Below are positions 36,897 to 44,593 of a DNA stretch of 61,136 nt, piece after piece. The translations under genes and the position numbers were made by a program. The notes under the pieces are model-generated. The model searched no databases. It was not told the DNA's origin and saw nothing but the letters and a program-made list of their open reading frames with translations. This stretch comes from a virus. Its lineage: Duplodnaviria > Heunggongvirae > Uroviricota > Caudoviricetes. Every line of letters starts with the position of its first letter. Positions within the stretch are counted from its first letter, which is position 1. The stretch is taken from positions 114,702-175,837 of the IMG/VR virus record IMGVR_UViG_3300048813_000140; one strand, 5' to 3'.

Positions 36897-37898
36897 TGTT
36901 CGCATTCTACAGCTTACGCCATTATCGCATACGCGTCTATGTACCTGAAATATCACTATCCTTTGGATTGGTGGTCGGCAGTACTCACAAATGCTACAGA
37001 ACAAGAAATCACCGGCAAATTCTGGCCATATGTCAAAGATATGGTCACGGCACCCGATATCAACCTATCTTCCGACGTAATGGTTCCAGACCATTTGAAC
37101 AATAAGATCAGATCTAAACTTGGCGTTATTCGTGGCATGGGCGATGCAACTCTTGACCCTATCGTCGCGGGCAGGCCTTACAAAGACATCAGGGATTACG
37201 TCGACAAAGAAGTGGCTGGCGATAGCCTTACCCACAAGCTTATACATGTTGGAGTCCTAGACAGTTTGTTCCCTCCAAGGACCAACCTACTGGAAAAGCT
37301 CAAGATGTACGAAGACGCCGTAGAAGCCAAAGCATTTGCGGATAAGTCCAAGAAAGCCAAAGCTGAAGGTAGGAAAATCAGAGCCTTGCAACCAAAACCA
37401 GGCAAGATTCCAGAAGAGTACATTGGATTAGAAAAGACTCCTATGAAAGAAGCTGCTATGAAAAAGGCAGTTCTTCCCAGCTTACCCATCGACTTGCATG
37501 CTCTTGGTAAGAGTCATTCCAGAGTCCTTGATACAAGTATGGATCTTCCGATGGTTCTGAATAGTAAAAATTACAAAAGTCTTCTGGTGAGCGGCGATAA
37601 GCTAAAAAGAATTGACGAGTTGGACGGCGATAGCCTTAATAAGGATCTATACATTGCGTCAACCTGCTTCATCGTAAAAGCTGAAGAGTTCTCATTTCAA
37701 AATGGCACCAAACGCGCATTGAAGCTGATATTGGACGTTGATGGCTACGTATCTGAAAAGGTTAAATGGCCTAGCTACGATTCTGGCGAACTCGAATACC
37801 CTAAGGAACTCAAACGTGGGGTTATTGCAACAATTTTTTTCAAGAAACGTGTGGGCAAAAAGGACGTTTCTATGACCGATATTTTTGTAGAGTCTTGA
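36762..37898 (+). CDS. dnaE: DNA polymerase III alpha subunit, C-terminal part preceded by C-intein
   Basis: after the intein CSHSTAYAIIAY..LKYHYP, PDINLS, LGVIRGMG (HhH) and a C-terminal OB-like region. Confidence 0.9.
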   Translation: MEENQKPMKKLFVKRIIKKEQKRVYDIEMPSHHNFVLENGVVAHNCSHSTAYAIIAYASMYLKYHYPLDWWSAVLTNATEQEITGKFWPYVKDMVTAPDINLSSDVMVPDHLNNKIRSKLGVIRGMGDATLDPIVAGRPYKDIRDYVDKEVAGDSLTHKLIHVGVLDSLFPPRTNLLEKLKMYEDAVEAKAFADKSKKAKAEGRKIRALQPKPGKIPEEYIGLEKTPMKEAAMKKAVLPSLPIDLHALGKSHSRVLDTSMDLPMVLNSKNYKSLLVSGDKLKRIDELDGDSLNKDLYIASTCFIVKAEEFSFQNGTKRALKLILDVDGYVSEKVKWPSYDSGELEYPKELKRGVIATIFFKKRVGKKDVSMTDIFVES

Positions 37899-37923
37899 CA
37901 TTAATCTCGAACTGGGATATAAT
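37895..37923 (+). promoter_or_regulatory. consensus sigma70 promoter
   Basis: TTGACA-17 nt-TATAAT; ATG 6 nt downstream. Confidence 0.75.
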
Positions 37924-37929
37924 CAAAAT

Positions 37930-38736
37930 ATGAAGATCTTTATAGGTGTTGCCATAGTTCAAATCATTATAATTGCGTGGGTAGGGATTATTATTTCTGG
38001 GTGTACGGAACCTGAAGTCATTCCAAAATCATTCCACAAGCCAAAGATGGTGCAGAAATGTAATAAAAGACCTCTTGTAGTAGCTATCATAGATACTGGA
38101 TTTGGATATAGGGGACTTGGCAAAGAAGCTCATCTTTGTAAATTTGGGCACAAGGATTTTTCACTATTTCCAAACACTACCACGGAATACGATACCAAAG
38201 ATCCAGTACCTCTGGATACACATGGTCATGGTACCAACGTAGCCGGAATTATTGATTATTACGGACAACAAACCGATACAAACTTCTGTATGGTGATTTT
38301 AAAGTATTACGATCCAAAATCTGCTGGAGTGGACAATATGGCCGCCAGCGTTTCTGCCATAAGATATGCCAAAAATATCGATGCAGATTTCATAAATTAT
38401 AGTGGCGGTGGACTATATAGGTCCGAAGACGAAGCTGAGGCAGTAACGGCATTCATAGACAATGGCGGTATTTTTGTGGCCGCTGCTGGAAATGAATATT
38501 CTAACATCGATAAGCACCCATACTATCCAGCCATGGCAGATCTTAGAACCTTTATCATTGGTGGAACATACCCTAGCGGCGAACATATGAAGACGTCTAA
38601 CTACGGGGAATCAATTACAAAATGGGAAATTGGATCTGATGTAATTGGATTTGGAATTAGAATGACTGGAACTAGTCAGGCCACCGCAACTGCCACAGGC
38701 AAACTTGTCGCTAGAATAAAGAACGATTGTAATTAA
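37930..38736 (+). CDS. subtilisin-like (S8) serine protease with N-terminal signal/lipoprotein-like segment
   Basis: VAIIDTG, HGHGTNVAGII, AAAGNE, GTSQAT; hydrophobic N-terminus ending IISGC. Confidence 0.88.
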   Translation: MKIFIGVAIVQIIIIAWVGIIISGCTEPEVIPKSFHKPKMVQKCNKRPLVVAIIDTGFGYRGLGKEAHLCKFGHKDFSLFPNTTTEYDTKDPVPLDTHGHGTNVAGIIDYYGQQTDTNFCMVILKYYDPKSAGVDNMAASVSAIRYAKNIDADFINYSGGGLYRSEDEAEAVTAFIDNGGIFVAAAGNEYSNIDKHPYYPAMADLRTFIIGGTYPSGEHMKTSNYGESITKWEIGSDVIGFGIRMTGTSQATATATGKLVARIKNDCN

Positions 38737-38742
38737 TAATTA

Positions 38743-38772
38743 TTGACTTTATCTGTACCGATATGATATAGT
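38743..38772 (+). promoter_or_regulatory. sigma70-type promoter
   Basis: TTGACT-18 nt-TATAGT with TG extension; AGGAG RBS downstream. Confidence 0.6.
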
Positions 38773-38790
38773 CTAAACACAGGAGAATAC

Positions 38791-39558
38791 ATGTCATTAG
38801 AAGCAATTTTAAAAGAGATCAAAGTCCAGAAACCCTTCGCAGAAGAAAACGTGGACAACGGACCAGCAGAAACCTTGAACGGTCGTCGTGGGCGCAAACA
38901 TCAAGCTATTGAGCAAATCATGCAGCTTAAACGTGCCTATAAACAGAATATGCTGAAAACTTCAGCTTTTGTAATTGTTACAGGAAGCCTACGAAAAGAA
39001 TTTGAGGAAATTGCCACAAACAAGAAGTTCAAACTGTTTTCTGCAGATCCAGAGCTATTCTACAATGATCTTGCTAATCGTGTTCCTCCTTCTATGTATC
39101 AGGGCAATGAGAGCGTAGTAAACATGTTCGATATCCTTGGTAGACATCTAGAAGATAAAATGAATGAGTTGGACGTTTTTGAGTACAATCAGCTGATCTT
39201 TAAAGCCAAATATGTCAAATCCATTAAAAACCCCAAAGAATTTTCTGGACTGATTAAAGAAGCTATCAACGAGCAAATGGGTGCGGAAATCGTAGGTATC
39301 CAGTCAGTGACCTCGATCATCGACAAAGCTATCGAAGCTAACCACTTCGGCACCACCACCTCGATTATTTTGGGAACCGATGACGAAAGTTTAGTAACGG
39401 ATCTGACAAGAGATCTTGAAAAACTTACAAATCGTATTTTCCTAGTAGTAGCTGGAGAATCGAAAGTTAAGGCTCCGGCAACTGTTACACTGCAAGAAGT
39501 GACTGAAAAGACTGCAAAACAGGCCCTAGATACCATTAGAAGCATGATGAAACGATAA
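38791..39558 (+). CDS. hypothetical protein
   Basis: 255 aa, AGGAG RBS; possibly a degenerate P-loop fold but no GK motif. Confidence 0.7.
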   Translation: MSLEAILKEIKVQKPFAEENVDNGPAETLNGRRGRKHQAIEQIMQLKRAYKQNMLKTSAFVIVTGSLRKEFEEIATNKKFKLFSADPELFYNDLANRVPPSMYQGNESVVNMFDILGRHLEDKMNELDVFEYNQLIFKAKYVKSIKNPKEFSGLIKEAINEQMGAEIVGIQSVTSIIDKAIEANHFGTTTSIILGTDDESLVTDLTRDLEKLTNRIFLVVAGESKVKAPATVTLQEVTEKTAKQALDTIRSMMKR

Positions 39559-39606
39559 TTGAAAGATTTAATTAATCAAATAACTAACCATAAGATGGAG
39601 AGAAAG

Positions 39607-40680
39607 ATGTCAAAACCTAAGATCGGTAAACCCAAACGCGGCGGAGTCAAAAAGAATTATTGGAAACTGAAAGATGGATCAGCTGTCTACGGAATCCTGC
39701 CTCCTTTTGGAGATTTGGCCGATGATGGAATCTGGAGCGTCTACTATAAAGTGCAATACGGATATAAAAATCCAGAAGGCAAAAGTCGCGCTTTTAATGG
39801 CTGCGAAGTCAAAAATCGCAAACCGCCCTATATGACTGAAATTCCTGATGCTGCCACAGATCGCATCTCCATGCTTAAAGGCAAGCTTGAAGCCGCAAAA
39901 GTGGCCAAAGACGACAAGACCAAAACAGCACTGCTGAAGCTTGTGGGTGGACCCAAATCCCAGTACAACACCGATAGCAATCATTACCTCAACGCAATCG
40001 ACTTGCAAGGTAACATTGGTATCTTGAAACTTCGCCACAAAGCATTTCAAGCTTTGAAGGCTGAAATTGAAAAATTAGAGAAAAAAGGCGTGATTCCCCA
40101 CGGTGTTGAAAATCGTAGATTTTTCACATTCACCAGAACCGGCAACGCTATGGATACAACCTTCAAAGTTGATGTCTATAAAGAAGTTGTGGCCACAAAA
40201 GAATTTGGCGATGTTGAACGTGATGTAGTTCACACTCTGACAGATGAAATCCTGGAACGTCTTAGCGATGAAGCTGGAAAACTGGACACACTCTATAAAA
40301 GCCCAACATCGGAACAAGTTGCCCAGATCGTTGCTGAATCTGACCTAAAAACAGGTATTTCTCCCAACATCGACAACATCCTTGGTTTTACCAGTAACGA
40401 CGAAGAAGAACCGGCAGATGACGGTGATGAAGAGCCAAACCCTGGCGAAACATCGAAGATGGCTAAATCCGCAGCTGCAGCGGCACCCGTAGCCCAAGAA
40501 GCTGCTCCCGCAATTACTCCAGAAGTAGTTCAAGAAGAAACAAAGCCCACAGTCGCAAAGATCGTAGAGGCGAAGAAAGAGACCCCCGCAGTAGCCCAGG
40601 CTTCCGCAAAGCCTACTACAGCAGAAGCATTATCAGGCATGAGTGATGCCGATTTTCTTAAGTACTTAGACGTACCCTAA
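39607..40680 (+). CDS. single-stranded DNA-binding protein (T4 gp32-like)
   Basis: YGILPPF..WSVYYKVQYG, F/Y-rich core, acidic low-complexity tail; precedes recombinase genes. Confidence 0.65.
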   Translation: MSKPKIGKPKRGGVKKNYWKLKDGSAVYGILPPFGDLADDGIWSVYYKVQYGYKNPEGKSRAFNGCEVKNRKPPYMTEIPDAATDRISMLKGKLEAAKVAKDDKTKTALLKLVGGPKSQYNTDSNHYLNAIDLQGNIGILKLRHKAFQALKAEIEKLEKKGVIPHGVENRRFFTFTRTGNAMDTTFKVDVYKEVVATKEFGDVERDVVHTLTDEILERLSDEAGKLDTLYKSPTSEQVAQIVAESDLKTGISPNIDNILGFTSNDEEEPADDGDEEPNPGETSKMAKSAAAAAPVAQEAAPAITPEVVQEETKPTVAKIVEAKKETPAVAQASAKPTTAEALSGMSDADFLKYLDVP

Positions 40681-40692
40681 AAAGGAGCACAA

Positions 40693-41232
40693 GTGAGCGA
40701 TCAAGACGCCACTGCTCAGTCTGATAATCATAAGCTGGTCCTTACCTCGTTTGGTAAGGTTCCAGCCCTTTCTTTAGACATGAGTAAGATTCGAGAAGCT
40801 GAAAGTAGGATAATTGAGGCCAAAATGGTCAATCCTGCTACTTATGCAGACCTTGAGTCGGCATTTAATGAAGCGTACCGCGACCTTAAAAGGCACTTAA
40901 GTTCTATAGGATTTGCCCTTAACCAGGCAGAGAAGACTTTAGAAGAAACCAAATCAGATATTATTTTAGATAGATATCCTAAATTTTTAGAAGAAAAAGC
41001 TATCAAGAAGACCCAAGACAATGCGGACCTCCGCAAGGCCTTTATGGCTAGAGATCCTGAGTATTCGGCAGCCCTAGACAGACTGAATCAGCTTAAGGCC
41101 TTAGAGTCCAACTTTGATGGCAAGATAAAAGTACTAGAGAACACCTGTAGATACATGCGTAAGAAAATGGACTTACTACTGAGAAGCGGTATGTCTGGAG
41201 CTGACTATCACGTAACGTCGGGGAGAAAGTAA
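40693..41232 (+). CDS. helical protein, possible UvsY-like recombination mediator
   Basis: coiled-coil content; position between SSB and RecA. Confidence 0.4.
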   Translation: MSDQDATAQSDNHKLVLTSFGKVPALSLDMSKIREAESRIIEAKMVNPATYADLESAFNEAYRDLKRHLSSIGFALNQAEKTLEETKSDIILDRYPKFLEEKAIKKTQDNADLRKAFMARDPEYSAALDRLNQLKALESNFDGKIKVLENTCRYMRKKMDLLLRSGMSGADYHVTSGRK

Positions 41233-41618
41233 TGGCCAATAAAGAGATATTTTACAAAGGTCAGATGTTTACCGTAGCTATCGTAGACGATGAAGACCAA
41301 GATATTTTGAATAAGTCATGGTTCATAAACACAAGAACCAAACGAATGCCATCTGAATACTTCCAGTTAAGACGCAATCTAGGGATTCTAGAGAAGGCAC
41401 ATTACGGCAAAGCAAAGATCTATATGCATCATGAGATATGGATCAAACATTTTGGCTTCTTTGCGGAAGGTATGACGGTAGACCACATAGATTTCGATAC
41501 CGCAAATAATAAAAAAAGTAATTTAAGACTTATGACCAACGAAGAAAATCGCGTTAGACATCAAAAACAAGGAGAAGAAAATGCCCAACAAGTGGACCAA
41601 ACAGCTACGGGGATATGA
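41232..41618 (+). mobile_element. HNH homing endonuclease
   Basis: AIVDDED..IYMHHEI..VDHIDFDTANNKKSNLR. Confidence 0.8.
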
Positions 41619-42684
41619 TGACGCCGTAGATTACGACTACGATTCATTCGCACCCGAAAATTGCCTGTATTCCCCAAGTCCCTATTTCAACTGGATTTTT
41701 GCCAACAAATCTCATGGTATCCCTACGAACTCTGGACTCTTATTGTTCTCAGAAATGAAGGCTGGAAAGTCTTTATGGATCTATGCTCTAATTCTAGAGA
41801 TGCAACGAAGAGACAGAATGCTTCTAGAGTCTGGCGCAAAGAAGAAAGATGGATCTAAGTTTACTGAAGACGACTTGCGCCATGCAGTTATTGCCAACAC
41901 AGAACTTCGCGGACAACTCCAACATGATGTATTTCCAGAACTTAACAAAGACCTCATGACCATTTGGGACACAAAAGATCCAGTAGAAATTTTCGACCGA
42001 ACAGAAGATGATATCAAACCCCTAGTTCAAGATGGAATGCCTCTTGGTATTTTCAGTATAGACTCAATCACCAAAATCATGGGCACCAAGCGTGCTAACG
42101 CCAAATCCGTATCTGATCATCTTATCGGCGATAGAGCCTTAACCGTACAGAATGGCATGGATAAGTTAGTTCCATTCCTCAAACGCAACAAGACTCTTCT
42201 GATTGGTACAAGCCAAATGCGAAGCAATGTGGGCGGCAGCAAATACGAATCAGACTCGAAGATGGCAGAGTCTTGGGATGTAAAGCATGCTTTTGAATAC
42301 TTTGTATCATTCAAACGGGCTGGGTCCGCAGAAGACAAGAAAGATATCGAAGAGAAAACCTTTGAGGAAGACGTAAAAGATGCTCGCGACAATAAGCTTC
42401 AAACGGGACACAAAGTCTTCGTCAAGATGGAAGGATCGTCTTTGGGTCCTCAGGGCCGCGCTGGAGTATTCACCTTAGACTACGAAAAAGGCCTTATAAA
42501 TCAACATGAAGAGATCTTTTTCTTAGGAAAAAACGCTGGTATTATCAAAACTGAAAGCAACAATCGCGTCTTCGTTTTTGGTGATCAGAAGTTTGTAGGC
42601 AAAAAAGAATGCGCCTTCGCGATCAGGGATAACCCAAAAATGGCAAAAGCGATCTTGGAACAGTTAAGGAAATTAGACGAATAA
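41581..42684 (+). CDS. recA: RecA/UvsX-like recombinase
   Basis: SEMKAGKS Walker A variant, NTE, SIDSI, TSQMR, C-terminal GII..F.FG pattern. Confidence 0.85.
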   Translation: MPNKWTKQLRGYDDAVDYDYDSFAPENCLYSPSPYFNWIFANKSHGIPTNSGLLLFSEMKAGKSLWIYALILEMQRRDRMLLESGAKKKDGSKFTEDDLRHAVIANTELRGQLQHDVFPELNKDLMTIWDTKDPVEIFDRTEDDIKPLVQDGMPLGIFSIDSITKIMGTKRANAKSVSDHLIGDRALTVQNGMDKLVPFLKRNKTLLIGTSQMRSNVGGSKYESDSKMAESWDVKHAFEYFVSFKRAGSAEDKKDIEEKTFEEDVKDARDNKLQTGHKVFVKMEGSSLGPQGRAGVFTLDYEKGLINQHEEIFFLGKNAGIIKTESNNRVFVFGDQKFVGKKECAFAIRDNPKMAKAILEQLRKLDE

Positions 42685-42686
42685 TT

Positions 42687-43107
42687 ATACGGAAACGGAT
42701 ACCTCTGCTAGGTAATGTTATAAAGAAGGCTTCTAGAGCCCCATCCTAAACCGTATTTAAGTTTGAGTGGCTTTAAACGAGGTATGAGAACCAGAGATGG
42801 AACTGGGCGCGCTTAATGGTAAGACCAAAAGTCTAGAGTAGTAGCAGAAACAAACACTTGAGGGGTCACGAAACCCGCCCCAGCCCACTCTTTAGTTTGG
42901 TGGTTTTTGACGCAAAATTAAATTGATCGACGAATCCCCTGCGCTGGGGTGACGGGCTCGAAAGAGTAAAGACGTATCTAGATTGAGCCATCATTTGATG
43001 TGTGTCCCTAACGGTTGACGGGAGGCCAAAATCCCACCTAAGTAAAGTAGCCGCATGCAGCGCTTGAAAATGGGTCGGTCGACAACGGGAGTTACTGTTA
43101 GGGACAC
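42687..43107 (+). ncRNA. candidate large structured RNA 3 (unassigned)
   Basis: 438-nt intergenic gap; ATACGG/CCGTAT, GGCT/AGCC, ATACCTC/GAGGTAT, CCCCAGC/GCTGGGG, CTC-GAAA-GAG and a 14-bp GTGTCCCTAACGGT/ACTGTTAGGGACAC helix. Confidence 0.7.
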
Positions 43108-43122
43108 TTTAATAAGGAAAAT

Positions 43123-44058
43123 ATGAGAGAATTAGTTGAGAGACCAGCAGCCGACGCACGAAAAATCAACCACAAAGATAACTTCGAACTATGCTACCTT
43201 AGACATAAATACTTCAGAAAAATCAACTACAATCCAACCCCAGAAGAAATGCGTCCATATACCCGAATAGTGGAATATGTATCTCGCAACACCTTCTATA
43301 CCTACAAGAACCTGTTCATAACCGTAGGAATGGATCTGGAAGATATAGTAAGCACCAGTCGAGTGCAACTTGTAAATTACCTTGGCCTTTTTGAAATCAG
43401 CAAAGAAAAGACACCTGAAAAGTACGAAACATTCTGCATTGCACACAAAAAAGAATACAAGAAAGATCCCGACGACTACCAACTCCTAGGTAAAAACAGA
43501 GCAAATTTTACAATGTTCATGAAACAGCGCATGGAAGATCTCGTGCGTATCTGCAATCAAAAAGCCAAAAATATCAAGGGATTCAGAGTAGAAGAGTACG
43601 CGGCATTCTACGGCCCCAAACCTCCTCCTGAAGACCTACACAAAGTCATAGAAGACCACAAACAGTGTGGTTTTAAGACTTTATCTACCGTTGCCTTTAA
43701 GGCCATCAAGAAAAGAATGAAAGCTAACATAAATGAACCATTCCAGTTCGCTGGCATGTGGTATGTGGCTATTACTCTAGAATCTAGAAATCTTACAATA
43801 CTCGACTTCGAAGGTGCCGGATTGAGTCCCTACGATAACTTCCACAATATGGACCCTGAAAAAATCCTATCTACTATGCAGGAAGAAATAAAGTTTGACA
43901 AAAAGAGAAAAGTGTTCGATAATTACTCTAAGGAAAATAAGGCCAAAGTGATATATGAATTCATCGAGAAGAACAGAGATAATCCTCAATTCGAAGAAGA
44001 GTTAGACATCGCCAGAGGAATGCTAGAAAATATGGGAATCGTACATGGCAACAGATAA
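43123..44058 (+). CDS. hypothetical protein, possible divergent sigma factor (region 2-like)
   Basis: YTRIVEYVSR..GMDLEDIVSTSRVQLVNYLGLF..NFTMFMKQRMEDLVR loosely follows sigma region 2.1-2.4. Confidence 0.45.
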   Translation: MRELVERPAADARKINHKDNFELCYLRHKYFRKINYNPTPEEMRPYTRIVEYVSRNTFYTYKNLFITVGMDLEDIVSTSRVQLVNYLGLFEISKEKTPEKYETFCIAHKKEYKKDPDDYQLLGKNRANFTMFMKQRMEDLVRICNQKAKNIKGFRVEEYAAFYGPKPPPEDLHKVIEDHKQCGFKTLSTVAFKAIKKRMKANINEPFQFAGMWYVAITLESRNLTILDFEGAGLSPYDNFHNMDPEKILSTMQEEIKFDKKRKVFDNYSKENKAKVIYEFIEKNRDNPQFEEELDIARGMLENMGIVHGNR

Positions 44059-44593
44059 AACGCTTGGACCAAGAGAACTAGAGAAGCTCCTAGATCTATG
44101 GCAAAGAACCTACGGAGAACAAAGATTCCAGAAAAACGGGATTGAGTATTTCCATATAGAAGACAAATATACGGCCTTCAATGCTCTCATTCAGACACTC
44201 ACAGATCTTGGCTACGATGAAGAAGACATAAACTCATCCGTATTGCGCAATTCCATACTTAAGATACAAACTCCTTACGAATGGAAAAAACTCAATCAGT
44301 GGCGTATTCAGGTCGGTAGAATCTGGGACGGCACTATAAACTCCTTATTTCCATCCAAGATAAAACTCAAAGAAGCTAAAGTGCCAGATGCCCTAGAAAA
44401 GCCCACTGTTTTCCTTGAAAAGCCTTTGGCGGTAGAGATTAAAAAGGAAAAGCCTGCTGAACCTAAAGAGCCTGACTATCTGCACATGCCAGATACCGTA
44501 AAGAGAAGCGACAAAATTGGCGAACCAGTAACGAGTAAAAGATTTGACTTTGACTTACTAGCTGAATTGGACAAATTAGACGATGAGCAATAA
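44045..44593 (+). CDS. hypothetical protein upstream of DnaB
   Basis: 182 aa coupled ORF. Confidence 0.7.
   Translation: MATDKTLGPRELEKLLDLWQRTYGEQRFQKNGIEYFHIEDKYTAFNALIQTLTDLGYDEEDINSSVLRNSILKIQTPYEWKKLNQWRIQVGRIWDGTINSLFPSKIKLKEAKVPDALEKPTVFLEKPLAVEIKKEKPAEPKEPDYLHMPDTVKRSDKIGEPVTSKRFDFDLLAELDKLDDEQ

Noticed and set aside
43049-43080. Group II intron domain V-like AGCCGCATGC...CGGT
   Set aside because: The upper stem and AC bulge do not form, there is no domain VI or splice site, and no RT gene is nearby.
42687-43107. tmRNA, RNase P or SRP RNA
   Set aside because: No tRNA-like ends or CCA, no GAGGAAAGTCC core, and no SRP GGAA/AGCAG motif.
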